DNA of 64,000 bases. Source: Eledone cirrhosa (Eukaryota). Both the position numbers and the translations under genes were made by a program. Below the pieces are notes generated by a model that worked only from the letters and a program-made list of their open reading frames with translations, was not told where the DNA came from and did no database searches. Location: the NCBI GenBank assembly GCA_964016885.1, contig OZ024745.1:8060001-8124000 (forward strand), written 5' to 3'. Shown here piece after piece: positions 49,341-64,000 of this stretch. Each line of letters starts with the position of its first letter. The stretch's first letter is position 1.

Positions 49341-52300
49341 TATAGTTGTAGAGTAAGATACGCTACTCTATAGTAGTAGAGAATCACTGGACCAGAACAA
49401 TAGTAAGATACGCTACTCTATAGTAGTAGAGAATCACTGGACCAGAACAATAGTAAAATACGCTACTCTATAGTAGTAGAGAATCACTGGACCAGAACAA
49501 TAGTAAGATACGCTACTCTATAGTAGTAGAGAATCACTGGACCAGAACAATAGTAAGATACGCTAATCTATAGTAGTAGAGAATCACTGGACCAGAACAA
49601 TAGTAAATACGCTACTCTATAGTAGTAGAGAATCACTGGACCAGAACAATAGTAAATACGCTACTCTATAGTAGTAGAGAATCACTGGGCCAGAACAATA
49701 GTAAGATACGCTAATCTATAGTAGTAGAGAATCACTGGGCCAGAACAATAGTAAGATACGCTAATCTATAGTAGTAGAGAATCACTGGGCCAGAACAATA
49801 GTAAGATACGCTAATCTATAGTAGTAGAGAATCACTGGGCCAGAACAATAATAAGATACGCTAATCTATAGTAGTAGAGAATCACTGGACCAGAACAATA
49901 GTAAGATACGCTACTCTATAGTAGTAGAGAATCACTGGACCAGAACAATAGTAAGATACGCTACTCTATAGTAGTAGAGAATCACTGGGCCAGAACAATA
50001 GTAAGATACGCTACTCTATAGTAGTAGAGAATCACTGGACCAGAACAATAGTAAGATACGCTACTCTATAGTAGTAGAGAATCACTGGGCCAGAACAATA
50101 GTAAGATACGCTAATCTATAGTAGTAGAGAATCACTGGGCCAGAACAATAGTAAGATACGCTAATCTATAGTAGTAGAGAATCACTGGACCAGAACAATA
50201 GTAAGATACGCTAATCTATAGTAGTAGAGAATCACTGGACCAGAACAATAGTAAGATACGCTACTCTATAGTAGTAGAGAATCACTAGAGCAGAACAACG
50301 CTAATATACTCTACTGTATAGTAGTAGAGAATCACTGGGCCAGAACAATAGTAAGATGCGCTACTCTATAGTAGTAGAGAATCACTGGACCAGAACAATA
50401 GTAAGATACGCTAATCTATAGTAGTAGAGAATCACTGGACCAGAACAATAGTAAGATACGCTACTCTATAGTAGTAGAGAATCACTAGAGCAGAACAACG
50501 CTAAGATACTCTACTGTATAGTAGTAGAGAATCACTGGGCCAGAACAATAGTAAGATACGCTACTCTATAGTAGTAGAGAATCACTGGACCAGAACAATA
50601 GTAAGATACGCTAATCTATAGTAGTAGAGAATCACTGGACCAGAAAAATAGTAAGATACGCTACTCTATAGTAGTAGAAAATAATTAGACCAGAACAACG
50701 CTAAGATACTCTACTGTATAGTAGAAGAGAATCACTGGGCCAGAACAATAGTAAGATACGCTACTCTATAGTAGTAGAGAATCACTGGACCAGAACAATA
50801 GTAAGATACGCTAATCTATAGTAGTAGAGAATCACTGGACCAGAACAATAGTAAGATACGCTAATCTATAGTAGTAGAGAATCACTGGACCAGAACAATA
50901 GTAAGATACGCTACTCAATAGTAGTAGAGAAATACTGGACCAGAACAATAGTAAGATACGCTACTCTATAGTAGTAGAGAATCACTGGACCAGAACAATA
51001 GTAAGATACGCTAATCTATAGTAGTAGAGAATCACTGGGCCAGAACAATAGTAAGATACGCTACTCTATAGTAGTAGAGAATCACTGGACCAGAAGAATA
51101 GTAAGATACGCTACTCTATAATAGTAGAGAATCACTGGACAAGAACAATAGTAAGATACGCTACTCTCTAGTAGTAGAGAATCACTGGACCAGAACAATA
51201 GTAAGATACGCTACTCTATAGTAGTAGAGAATCACTGGACCAGAACAATAGTAAGATACGCGACTCTCTAGTAGTAGAGACTCACTGGACCAGAACAATA
51301 GTAAGATACGCTACTCTATAGTAGTAGAGAATCACTGGACCAGAACAATAGTAAGATACGCTACTCTATAGTAGTAGAGAATCACTGGACCAGAACAATA
51401 GTAAGATTCGCTACTCTATAGTAGTAGAGAATCACTGGACCAGAACAATAGTAAGATACGCTAATCTATAGTAGTAGAGAATCACTGGACCAGAACAATA
51501 GTAAGATACGCTACTCTCTAGTAGTAGAGAATCACTGGACCAGAACAATAGTAAGATTCGCTACTCTATAGTAGTAGAGAATCACTGGACCAGAACAATA
51601 GTAAGATACGCTACTGTCTGGTAGTAGATAATCACTGGACCAGAACAATAGTAAGATACGCTACTCTATAGTAGTAGAGAATCACTGGACCAGAACAATA
51701 GTAAGATACGCTAATCTATAGTAGTAGAGAATCACTGGACCAGAACAATAGTAAGATACGCTACTCTATAGTAGTAGAGAATCACTGGTCCAGAACAATA
51801 GTAAGATACGCTAATCTATAGTAGTAGAGAATCACTGGACCAGAACAATAGTAAGATACGCTACTCTCTAGTAGTAGAGAATCACTGGTCCAGAACAATA
51901 GTAAGATACGCTACTCTATAGTAGTAGAGAATCACTGGTCCAGAACAATAGTAAGATACGCTACTCTATAGTAGTAGAGAATCACTGGACCAGAACAATA
52001 GTAAGATACGCTACTCTATAGTAGTAGAGAATCACTGGACCAGAACAATAGTAAGATACGGTAATCTATAGTAGTAGAGAATCACTGGACCAGAACAATA
52101 GTAGATACGCTACTCTATAGTAGTAGAGAATCACTGGACCAGAACACTAGTAAGATACGCTAATCTATAGTAGTAGAGAATCACTGGACCAGAACAATAG
52201 TAAGATACGCTAATCTATAGTAGTAGAGAATCACTGGGCCAGAACAATAGTAAGATACGCTAATCTATAGTAGTAGAGAATCACTGGACCAGAACAATAG

Positions 52301-55300
52301 TAAGATACGCTAATCTATAGTAGTAGAGAATCACTGGACCAGAACAATAGTAAGATACGCTAATCTATAGTAGTAGAGAATCACTGGACCAGAACAATAG
52401 TAAGATACGCTACTCTATAGTAGTAGAGAATAACTAGACCAGAACAACGCTAAGATACTCTACTGTATAGTAGTAGAGAATCACTGGGCCAGAACAATAG
52501 TAAGATACGCTACTCTATAGTAGTAGAGAATCACTGGACCAGAACAATAGTAAGATACGCTAATCTATAGTAGTAGAGAATCACTGGACCAGAACAACAG
52601 TAAGATACGCTACTCTATAATAGTAGAGAATCACTGGACCAGAACAATAGTAAGATACGCTACTCTCTAGTTGTAGAGAATCACTGGACCAGAACAATAG
52701 TAAGATACGCTAATCTATAGTAGTAGAGAATCACTGGACCAGAACAATAGTAGATACGCTAATCTATAGTAGTAGAGAATCACTGGACCAGAACAACAGT
52801 AAGATACGCTACTCTATAATAGTAGAGAATCACTGGACCAGAACAATAGTAAGATACGCTACTCTCTAGTAGTAGAGAATCACTGGACCAGAACAATAGT
52901 AAGATACGCTAATCTATAGTAGTAGAGAATCACTGGACCAGAACAATAGTAGATACGCTAATCTATAGTAGTAGAGAATCACTGGACCAGAACAACAGTA
53001 AGATACGCTACTCTATAATAGTAGAGAATCACTGGACCAGAACAATAGTAGATACGCTAATCTATAGTAGTAGAGAATAACTATAACAGAACAACGCTAA
53101 GATACTCTACTGTATAGTAGTAGAGAATCACTGGGCCAGAACAATAGTAAGATACGCTACTCTATAGTAGTAAAGAATCACTGGACAAGAACAATAGTAA
53201 AATACGCTACTCTCTAGTAGTAGAGAATCACTGGACCAGAACAATAGTAAGATACGCTACTCTATAGTAGTAGAGAATCACTGGACCAGAACAATAGTAA
53301 GATACGCTACTCTATAATAGTAGAGAATCACTGGACAAGAACAATAGTAAGATACGCTACTCTCTAGTAGTAGAGAATCACTGGACCAGAACAATATTAA
53401 GATACGCTACTCTATAGTAGTAGAGAATCACTGGACCAGAATAATATGAGTCTCTGCTACTCTCTAGTAGTAGAGACTCACTGGACCAGAACAATAGTAA
53501 GATACGCTACTCTATAGTAGTAGAGAATCACTGGACCAGAACAATAGTAAGATACGCTACTCTATAGTAGTAGATAATCACTGGACCAGAACAATAGTAA
53601 GATACGCCACTCTATAGTAGTAGAGAATCACTGGACCAGAACAATAGTAAGATACGCTACTCTCTAGTAGTAGAGAATCACTGGACCAGAACAATAGTAA
53701 GATACGCTACTCTCTAGTAGTAGAGAATCACTGGACCAGAACAATAGTAAGATACGCTACTCTATAGTAGTAGAGAATCGCTGGACCAGAACAATAGTAA
53801 GATACGCTACTCTATAGTAGTAGAGAATCACTGGACCAGAACAATAGTAAGATACGCTACTCTATAGTAGTAGAGAATCACTGGTCCAGAACAATAGTAA
53901 GATACGCTAATCTATAGTAGTAGAGAATCACTGGACCAGAACAATAGTAAGATACGCTAATCTATAGTAGTAGAGAATCACTGGACCAGAACAATAGTAA
54001 GATACGCTAATCTATAGTAGTAGAGAATCACTGGACCAGAACAATAGTAAGATACGCTACTCTATAGTAGTAGAGAATCACTGGACCAGAACAATAGTAA
54101 GATACGCTACTCTATAGTAGTAGAGAATCACTGGACCAGAACAATAGTAAGATACGCTACTCTATAGTAGTAGAGAATCACTGGACCAGAACAATAGTAA
54201 GATACGCTACTCTATAGTAGTAGAGAATTACTGGACCAGAACAATAGTAAGATACGCTACTCTATAGTAGTAGAGAATCACTGGGCCAGAACAATAGTAA
54301 GATACGCTACTCTATAGTAGTAGAGAATCACTGGACCAGAACAATAGTAAGATACGCTACTCTATAGTAGTAGAGAATCACTGGACCAGAACAATAGTAA
54401 GATACGCTACTCTATAGTAGTAGAGAATCACTGGACCAGAACAGTAGTAAGATACGCTACTCTATAGTAGTAGAGAATCACTGGACCAGAACAATAGTAA
54501 GATACGCTACTCTATAGTAGTAGAGAATCACTGGACCAGAACAATAGTAAGATACACTACTCTATAGTAGTAGAGAATCACTGGTCCAGAACAATAGTAA
54601 GATACGCTACTCTATAGTATTAGAGAATCACTGGGCCAGAACAATAGTAAGATACGCTAATCTATAGTAGTAGAGAATCACTGGACCAGAACAATAGTAA
54701 GATACGCTAAACTATAGTAGTAGAGAATCACTGGACCAGAACAATAGTAAGATACGCTACTCTATAGTAGTAGAGAATAACTATAACAGAAGAACGCTAA
54801 GATACTCTACTGTATAGTAGTAGAGAATCACTGGGCCAGAACAATAGTAAGATACGCTACTCTATAGTAGTAGAGAATCACTGGACCAGAACAATAGTAA
54901 GATACGCTACTCTATAGTAGTAGAGAATCACTGGACCAGAACAATAGTAAGATACGCTAATCTATAGTAGTAGAGAATCACTGGACCAGAACAATAGTAA
55001 GATACGCTACTCTATAGTAGTAGAGAATCACTGGACCAGAACAATAGTAAGATACGCTACTCTATAGTAGTAGAGAATAACTATAACAGAAGAACGCTAA
55101 GATACTCTACTGTATAGTAGTAGAGAATCACTGGGCCAGAACAATAGTAAGATACGCTACTCTATAGTAGTAGAGAATCACTGGACCAGAACAATAGTAA
55201 GATACGCTACTCTCTAGTAGTAGAGACTCACTGGACCAGAACAATAGTAAGATACGCTACTCTATAGTAGTAGAGAATCACTGGACCAGAACAATAGTAA

Positions 55301-56195
55301 ATACGCTACTCTATAGTAGTAGAGAATCACTGGACCAGAACAATAGTAAGATACGCTACTCTATAGTAGTAGAGAATCACTGGACCAGAACAATAGTAAG
55401 ATACGCTACTCTATAGTAGTAGAGAATAACTGGACCAGAACAATAGTAAATACGTTACTCTATAGTAGTAGAGAATCACTGGACCAGAACAATAGTAAGA
55501 TACGCTACTCTATCGTAGTAGAGAATCACTGGACCAGAACAATAGTAAGATACGCTAATCTATAGTAGTAGAGAATCACTGGACCAGAACAATAGTAAGA
55601 TACGCTACTCTATAGTAGTAGAGAATCACTGGTCCAGAACAATAGTAAGATACGCTAATCTATAGTAGTAGAGAATCACTGGACCAGAACAATAGTAAGA
55701 TACGCTAATCTATAGTAGTAGAGAATCACTGGACCAGAACAATAGTAGATACGCTACTCTATAGTAGTAGAGAATCACTGGACCAGAACAATAGTAAGAT
55801 ACGCTAATCTATAGTAGTAGAGAATCACTGGACCAGAACAATAGTAAGATACGCTAATCTATAGTAGTAGAGAATCACTGGACCAGAACAATAGTAAGAT
55901 ACGCTAATCTATAGTAGTAGAGAATCACTGGACCAGAACAATAGTAAGATACGCTAATCTATAGTAGTAGAGAATCACTGGACCAGAACAATAGTAAGAT
56001 ACGCTACTCTATAGTAGTAGAGAATAACTAGACCAGAACAACGCTAAGATACTCTACTGTATAGTAGTAGAGAATCACTGGGCCAGAACAATAGTAAGAT
56101 ACGCTACTCTATAGTAGTAGAGAATCACTGGACCAGAACAATAGTAAGATACGCTAATCTATAGTAGTAGAGAATAACTGGACCAGATCAACGCT
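49341..56195. repeat. 50-bp satellite (GTAAGATACGCTACTCTATAGTAGTAGAGAATCACTGGACCAGAACAATA), about 137 copies
   Basis: Visible 50-bp periodicity; no ORF in the six-frame track. Confidence 0.98.
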
Positions 56196-56295
56196 ATTCA
56201 AGCTCGTTATTCCAGTCTCAGGTGTAGTGTTTGTAGGGTTTTATTTGTTTTCTTTCTCATTTGCTGTGTCATTTAAGTAAAAATCTTGAAATAGT

Positions 56296-56381
56296 GTTTT
56301 CTAATTTGGGTGAGGGGGCATTAAATTGACCCCAGTGCATCACTGGTACATTATTCCATCAATCCCGTTAGGATGAAAGGC
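56296..56381 (-). mobile_element. SINE fragment between the two satellites
   Basis: GACCCCAGTGCATCACTGGTAC...AGGATGAAAGGC matches the minus-strand SINE body. Confidence 0.7.
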
Positions 56382-56406
56382 TGGAAAGAATACAGCGAAG
56401 TATTCT

Positions 56407-59400
56407 GTTGGTAATAAACAGAAAGAGCAGACCAAGACAACACTATATAACAACGTTGGTAATAAACAGACACAGCAGACCAAGACAACAATATAGAACA
56501 ACGTTGGTAATAAACAGACACAGCAGACCAAGACAACAATATATAACAACGTTGGTAATAAACAGACACAGCAGACCAAGACAACAATATATAACAACGT
56601 TGGTAATAAACAGACACAGCAGACCAAGAACAGCAATATATAACAACGTTGGTAATAAACAGACACAGCAGACCAAGAACAACAATATATAACAACGTTG
56701 GTAATAAACAGACACAGCAGACCAAGACAACAATATATAACAACGTTGGTAATAAACAGACACAGCAGACCAAGACAACAATATAGAACAACGTTGGTAA
56801 TAAACAGACACAGCAGACCAAGACAACAATATATAACAACGTTGGTAATAAACAGACAGAGCAGACCAAGACAACAATATATAACAACGTTGGTAATAAA
56901 CAGACACAGCAGACCAAGACAACAATATAGAACAACGTTGGTAATAAACAGACACAGCAGACCAAGACAACAATATAGAACAACGTTGGTAATAAACAGA
57001 CACAGCAGACCAAGACAACAATATATAACAACGTTGGTAATAAACAGACACAGCAGACCAAGACAACAATATAGAACAACGTTGGTAATAAACAGACACA
57101 GCAGACCAAGACAACAATATAGAACAACGTTGGTAATAAACAGACACAGCAGACCAAGACAACAATATAGAACAACGTTGGTAATAAACAGACACAGCAG
57201 ACCAAGACAACAATATAGAACAACGTTGGTAATAAACAGACACAGCAGACCAAGACAACAATATAGAACAACGTTGGTAATAAACAGACACAGCAGACCA
57301 AGACAACAATATAGAACAACGTTGGTAATAAACAGACACAGCAGACCAAGACAACAATATAGAACAACGTTGGTAATAAACAGACACAGCAGACCAAGAC
57401 AACAATATAGAACAACGTTGGTAATAAACAGACACAGCAGACCAAGACAACAATATAGAACAACGTTGGTAATAAACAGACAGAGCAGACCAAGACAACA
57501 ATATAGAACAACGTTGGTAATAAACAGACACAGCAGACCAAGACAACAATATAGAACAACGTTGGTAATAAACAGACACAGCAGACCAAGACAACAATAT
57601 AGAACAACGTTGGTAATAAACAGACACAGCAGACCAAGACAACAATATAGAACAACGTTGGTAATAAACAGACACAGCAGACCAAGACAACAATATATAA
57701 CAACGTTGGTAATAAACAGACACAGCAGACCAAGACAACAATATATAACAACGTTGGTAATAAACAGACACAGCAGACCAAGACAACAATATAGAACAAC
57801 GTTGGTAATAAACAGACAGAGCAGACCAAGACAACAATATATAACAACGTTGGTAATAAACAGACACAGCAGACCAAGACAACAATATATAACAACGTTG
57901 GTAATAAACAGACACAGCAGACCAAGACAACAATATATAACAACGTTGGTAATAAACAGACACAGCAGACCAAGACAACAATATAGAACAACGTTGGTAA
58001 TAAACAGACACAGCAGACCTAGACAACAATATATAACAACGTTGGTAATAAACAGACACAGCAGACCAAGACAACAATATATAACAACGTTGGTAATAAA
58101 CAGACACAGCAGACCAAGACAACAATATATAACAACGTTGGTAATAAACAGACACAGCAGACCAAGACAACAATATAGAACAACGTTGGTAATAAACAGA
58201 CACAGCAGACCTAGACAACAATATATAACAACGTTGGTAATAAACAGACACAGCAGACCAAGACAACAATATATAACAACGTTGGTAATAAACAGACACA
58301 GCAGACCAAGACAACAATATAGAACAACGTTGGTAATAAACAGACACAGCAGACCAAGACAACAATATAGAACAACGTTGGTAATAAACAGACACAGCAG
58401 ACCAAGACAACAATATAGAACAACGTTGGTAATAAACAGACACAGCAGACCAAGACAACAATATAGAACAACGTTGGTAATAAACAGACACAGCAGACCA
58501 AGACAACAATATAGAACAACGTTGGTAATAAACAGACACAGCAGACCTAGACAACAATATATAACAACGTTGGTAATAAACAGACACAGCAGACCTAGAC
58601 AACAATATATAACAACGTTGGTAATAAACAGACACAGCAGACCAAGACAACAATATATAACAACGTTGGTAATAAACAGACACAGCAGACCAAGACAACA
58701 ATATAGAACAACGTTGGTAATAAACAGACACAGCAGACCAAGACAACAATATAGAACAACGTTGGTAATAAACAGACACAGCAGACCAAGACAACAATAT
58801 AGAACAACGTTGGTAATAAACAGACACAGCAGACCTAGACAACAATATATAACAACGTTGGTAATAAACAGACAGAGCAGACCAAGACAACAATATAGAA
58901 CAACGTTGGTAATAAACAGACACAGCAGACCAAGACAACAATATAGAACAACGTTGGTAATAAACAGACACAGCAGACCAAGACAACAATATATAACAAC
59001 GTTGGTAATAAACAGACAGAGCAGACCAAGACAACAATATATAACAACGTTGGTAATAAACAGACACAGCAGACCAAGACAACAATATATAACAACGTTG
59101 GTAATAAACAGACAGAGCAGACCAAGACAACAATATATAACAACGTTGGTAATAAACAGACAGAGCAGACCAAGACAACAATATATAACAACGTTGGTAA
59201 TAAACAGACAGAGCAGACCAAGACAACAATATAGAACAACGTTGGTAATAAACAGACACAGCAGACCAAGACAACAATATATAACAACGTTGGTAATAAA
59301 CAGACAGAGCAGACCAAGACAACAATATAGAACAACGTTGGTAATAAACAGACACAGCAGACCAAGACAACAATATAGAACAACGTTGGTAATAAACAGA

Positions 59401-62400
59401 CACAGCAGACCAAGACAACAATATAGAACAACGTTGGTAATAAACAGACAGAGCAGACCTAGACAACAATATAGAACAACGTTGGTAATAAACAGACACA
59501 GCAGACCAAGACAACAATATATAACAACGTTGGTAATAAACAGACACAGCAGACCAAGACAACAATATAGAACAACGTTGGTAATAAACAGACACAGCAG
59601 ACCAAGACAACAATATAGAACAACGTTGGTAATAAACAGACACAGCAGACCAAGACAACAATATAGAACAACGTTGGTAATAAACAGACACAGCAGACCT
59701 AGACAACAATATATAACAACGTTGGTAATAAACAGACAGAGCAGACCAAGACAACAATATAGAACAACGTTGGTAATAAACAGACACAGCAGACCAAGAC
59801 AACAATATAGAACAACGTTGGTAATAAACAGACACAGCAGACCAAGACAACAATATATAACAACGTTGGTAATAAACAGACAGAGCAGACCAAGACAACA
59901 ATATATAACAACGTTGGTAATAAACAGACACAGCAGACCAAGACAACAATATATAACAACGTTGGTAATAAACAGACAGAGCAGACCAAGACAACAATAT
60001 ATAACAACGTTGGTAATAAACAGACAGAGCAGACCAAGACAACAATATAGAACAATGTTGGTAATAAACAGACACAGCAGACCAAGACAACAATATATAA
60101 CAACGTTGGTAATAAACAGACAGAGCAGACCAAGACAACAATATAGAACAACGTTGGTAATAAACAGACACAGCAGACCAAGACAACAATATAGAACAAC
60201 GTTGGTAATAAACAGACACAGCAGACCAAGACAACAATATAGAACAACGTTGGTAATAAACAGACAGAGCAGACCTAGACAACAATATAGAACAACGTTG
60301 GTAATAAACAGACACAGCAGACCAAGACAACAATATATAACAACGTTGGTAATAAACAGACAGAGCAGACCAAGACAACAATATAGAACAACGTTGGTAA
60401 TAAACAGACACAGCAGACCAAGACAACAATATAGAACAACGTTGGTAATAAACAGACACAGCAGACCAAGACAACAATATATAACAACGTTGGTAATAAA
60501 CAGACAGAGCAGACCAAGACAACAATATATAACAACGTTGGTAATAAACAGACACAGCAGACCAAGACAACAATATATAACAACGTTGGTAATAAACAGA
60601 CAGAGCAGACCAAGACAACAATATATAACAACGTTGGTAATAAACAGACAGAGCAGACCAAGACAACAATATAGAACAACGTTGGTAATAAACAGACACA
60701 GCAGACCAAGACAACAATATATAACAACGTTGGTAATAAACAGACAGAGCAGACCAAGACAACAATATAGAACAACGTTGGTAATAAACAGACACAGCAG
60801 ACCAAGACAACAATATAGAACAACGTTGGTAATAAACAGACACAGCAGACCAAGACAACAATATAGAACAACGTTGGTAATAAACAGACAGAGCAGACCT
60901 AGACAACAATATAGAACAACGTTGGTAATAAACAGACACAGCAGACCAAGACAACAATATATAACAACGTTGGTAATAAACAGACACAGCAGACCAAGAC
61001 AACAATATAGAACAACGTTGGTAATAAACAGACACAGCAGACCAAGACAACAATATATAGCAACGTTGGTAATAAACAGACACAGCAGACCAAGACAACA
61101 ATATATAACAACGTTGGTAATAAACAGACAGAGCAGACCAAGACAACAATATAGAACAACGTTGGTAATAAACAGACAGAGCAGACCAAGACAACAATAT
61201 AGAACAACGTTGGTAATAAACAGACACAGCAGACCTAGACAACAATATAGAACAACGTTGGTAATAAACAGACACAGCAGACCAAGACAACAATATATAA
61301 CAACGTTGGTAATAAACAGACACAGCAGACCAAGACAACAATATATAACAACGTTGGTAATAAACAGACACAGCAGACCAAGACAACAATATAGAACAAC
61401 GTTGGTAATAAACAGACACAGCAGACCAAGACAACAATATAGAACAACGTTGGTAATAAACAGACACAGCAGACCAAGACAACAATATATAACAACGTTG
61501 GTAATAAACAGACACAGCAGACCAAGACAACAATATATAACAACGTTGGTAATAAACAGACACAGCAGACCAAGACAACAATATATAACAACGTTGGTAA
61601 TAAACAGACACAGCAGACCAAGACAACAATATAGAACAACGTTGGTAATAAACAGACACAGCAGACCAAGACAACAATATAGAACAACGTTGGTAATAAA
61701 CAGACACAGCAGACCAAGACAACAATATATAACAACGTTGGTAATAAACAGACACAGCAGACCAAGACAACAATATAGAACAACGTTGGTAATAAACAGA
61801 CACAGCAGACCAAGACAACAATATAGAACAACGTTGGTAATAAACAGACACAGCAGACCTAGACAACAATATATAACAACGTTGGTAATAAACAGACACA
61901 GCAGACCAAGACAACAATATAGAACAACGTTGGTAATAAACAGACACAGCAGACCAAGACAACAATATAGAACAACGTTGGTAATAAACAGACACAGCAG
62001 ACCAAGACAACAATATAGAACAACGTTGGTAATAAACAGACACAGCAGACCAAGACAACAATATAGAACAACGTTGGTAATAAACAGACACAGCAGACCA
62101 AGACAACAATATAGAACAACGTTGGTAATAAACAGACACAGCAGACCAAGACAACAATATATAACAACGTTGGTAATAAACAGACACAGCAGACCAAGAC
62201 AACAATATAGAACAACGTTGGTAATAAACAGACACAGCAGACCAAGACAACAATATATAACAACGTTGGTAATAAACAGACACAGCAGACCAAGACAACA
62301 ATATATAGCAACGTTGGTAATAAACAGACACAGCAGACCAAGACAACAATATAGAACAACGTTGGTAATAAACAGACACAGCAGACCAAGACAACAATAT

Positions 62401-64000
62401 AGAACAACGTTGGTAATAAACAGACACAGCAGACCAAGACAACAATATAGAACAACGTTGGTAATAAACAGACACAGCAGACCTAGACAACAATATAGAA
62501 CAACGTTGGTAATAAACAGACACAGCAGACCAAGACAACAATATAGAACAACGTTGGTAATAAACAGACACAGCAGACCAAGACAACAATATATAACAAC
62601 GTTGGTAATAAACAGACACAGCAGACCAAGACAACAATATATAACAACGTTGGTAATAAACAGACACAGCAGACCAAGACAACAATATAGAACAACGTTG
62701 GTAATAAACAGACACAGCAGACCAAGACAACAATATAGAACAACGTTGGTAATAAACAGACACAGCAGACCAAGACAACAATATAGAACAACGTTGGTAA
62801 TAAACAGACAGAGCAGACCAAGACAACAATATAGAACAACGTTGGTAATAAACAGACAGAGCAGACCAAGAACAACAATATATAACAACGTTGGTAATAA
62901 ACAGACACAGCAGACCAAGACAACAATATATAACAACGTTGGTAATAAACAGACAGAGCAGACCTAGACAACAATATATAACAACGTTGGTAATAAACAG
63001 ACACAGCAGACCAAGACAACAATATATAACAACGTTGGTAATAAACAGACAGAGCAGACCAAGACAACAATATAGAACAACGTTGGTAATAAACAGACAG
63101 AGCAGACCAAGACAACAATATAGAACAACGTTGGTAATAAACAGACAGAGCAGACCAAGAACAACAATATATAACAACGTTGGTAATAAACAGACACAGC
63201 AGACCAAGACAACAATATATAACAACGTTGGTAATAAACAGACAGAGCAGACCTAGACAACAATATAGAACAACGTTGGTAATAAACAGACAGAGCAGAC
63301 CAAGACAACAATATAGAACAACGTTGGTAATAAACAGACAGAGCAGACCAAGAACAACAATATATAACAACGTTGGTAATAAACAGACACAGCAGACCAA
63401 GACAACAATATATAACAACGTTGGTAATAAACAGACAGAGCAGACCAAGACAACAATATAGAACAACGTTGGTAATAAACAGACAGAGCAGACCAAGACA
63501 ACAATATAGAACAACGTTGGTAATAAACAGACACAGCAGACCAAGACAACAATATAGAACAACGTTGGTAATAAACAGACACAGCAGACCAAGACAACAA
63601 TATATAACAACGTTGGTAATAAACAGACAGAGCAGACCAAGACAACAATATAGAACAACGTTGGTAATAAACAGACACAGCAGACCAAGACAACAATATA
63701 TAGCAACGTTGGTAATAAACAGACACAGCAGACCAAGACAACAATATATAACAACGTTGGTAATAAACAGACACAGCAGACCAAGACAACAATATAGAAC
63801 AACGTTGGTAATAAACAGACACAGCAGACCAAGACAACAATATATAGCAACGTTGGTAATAAACAGACACAGCAGACCAAGACAACAATATATAACAACG
63901 TTGGTAATAAACAGACACAGCAGACCAAGACAACAATATAGAACAAAGTCGGTAATAAACAGACAGAGCAGACCTAGACAACAATATAGAACAACGTTGG
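56407..64000. repeat. 48-bp satellite (GTTGGTAATAAACAGACACAGCAGACCAAGACAACAATATATAACAAC), about 158 copies, runs off the right edge
   Basis: Visible 48-bp periodicity. Confidence 0.99.

Noticed and set aside
49341-56195. CRISPR-like array
   Set aside because: No unique spacers; pure tandem repeats in a eukaryotic context, and no cas genes.
56340-63984. ORFs of more than 2000 aa on both strands
   Set aside because: A 48-bp unit lacking stops in several frames at once, with 1-nt frameshifting monomers; typical satellite artefact.

Overview
Gene-free, repeat-saturated eukaryotic window. The SINE type, (TACA)n-rich spacers and satellite style suggest an octopus-like mollusc genome (inference only). 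About 39 kb (roughly 60%) is tandem satellite: 20-bp (1-5.9 kb), 22-bp (11.7-12.8 kb), 13-bp (19.1-20.6 kb), 27-bp (30.5-46.7 kb), 50-bp (49.3-56.2 kb) and 48-bp (56.4-64 kb) arrays. The giant ORFs in the track come from these arrays. Between 6 and 30 kb lies a transposon nest: RTE fragments with (TATG)n tails, an internally deleted Gypsy LTR element, R4/Dong-type RLE retrotransposons embedded in (TACA)n, two L1/Tx1-type elements (one near full length and inserted in (TAA)n), tRNA-derived SINEs, a small MITE, and a long hairpin beside a Penelope-type minimal hammerhead ribozyme. No host gene could be supported. The most interesting signal is a candidate community of microsatellite-targeting retrotransposons that also seeds new satellites.
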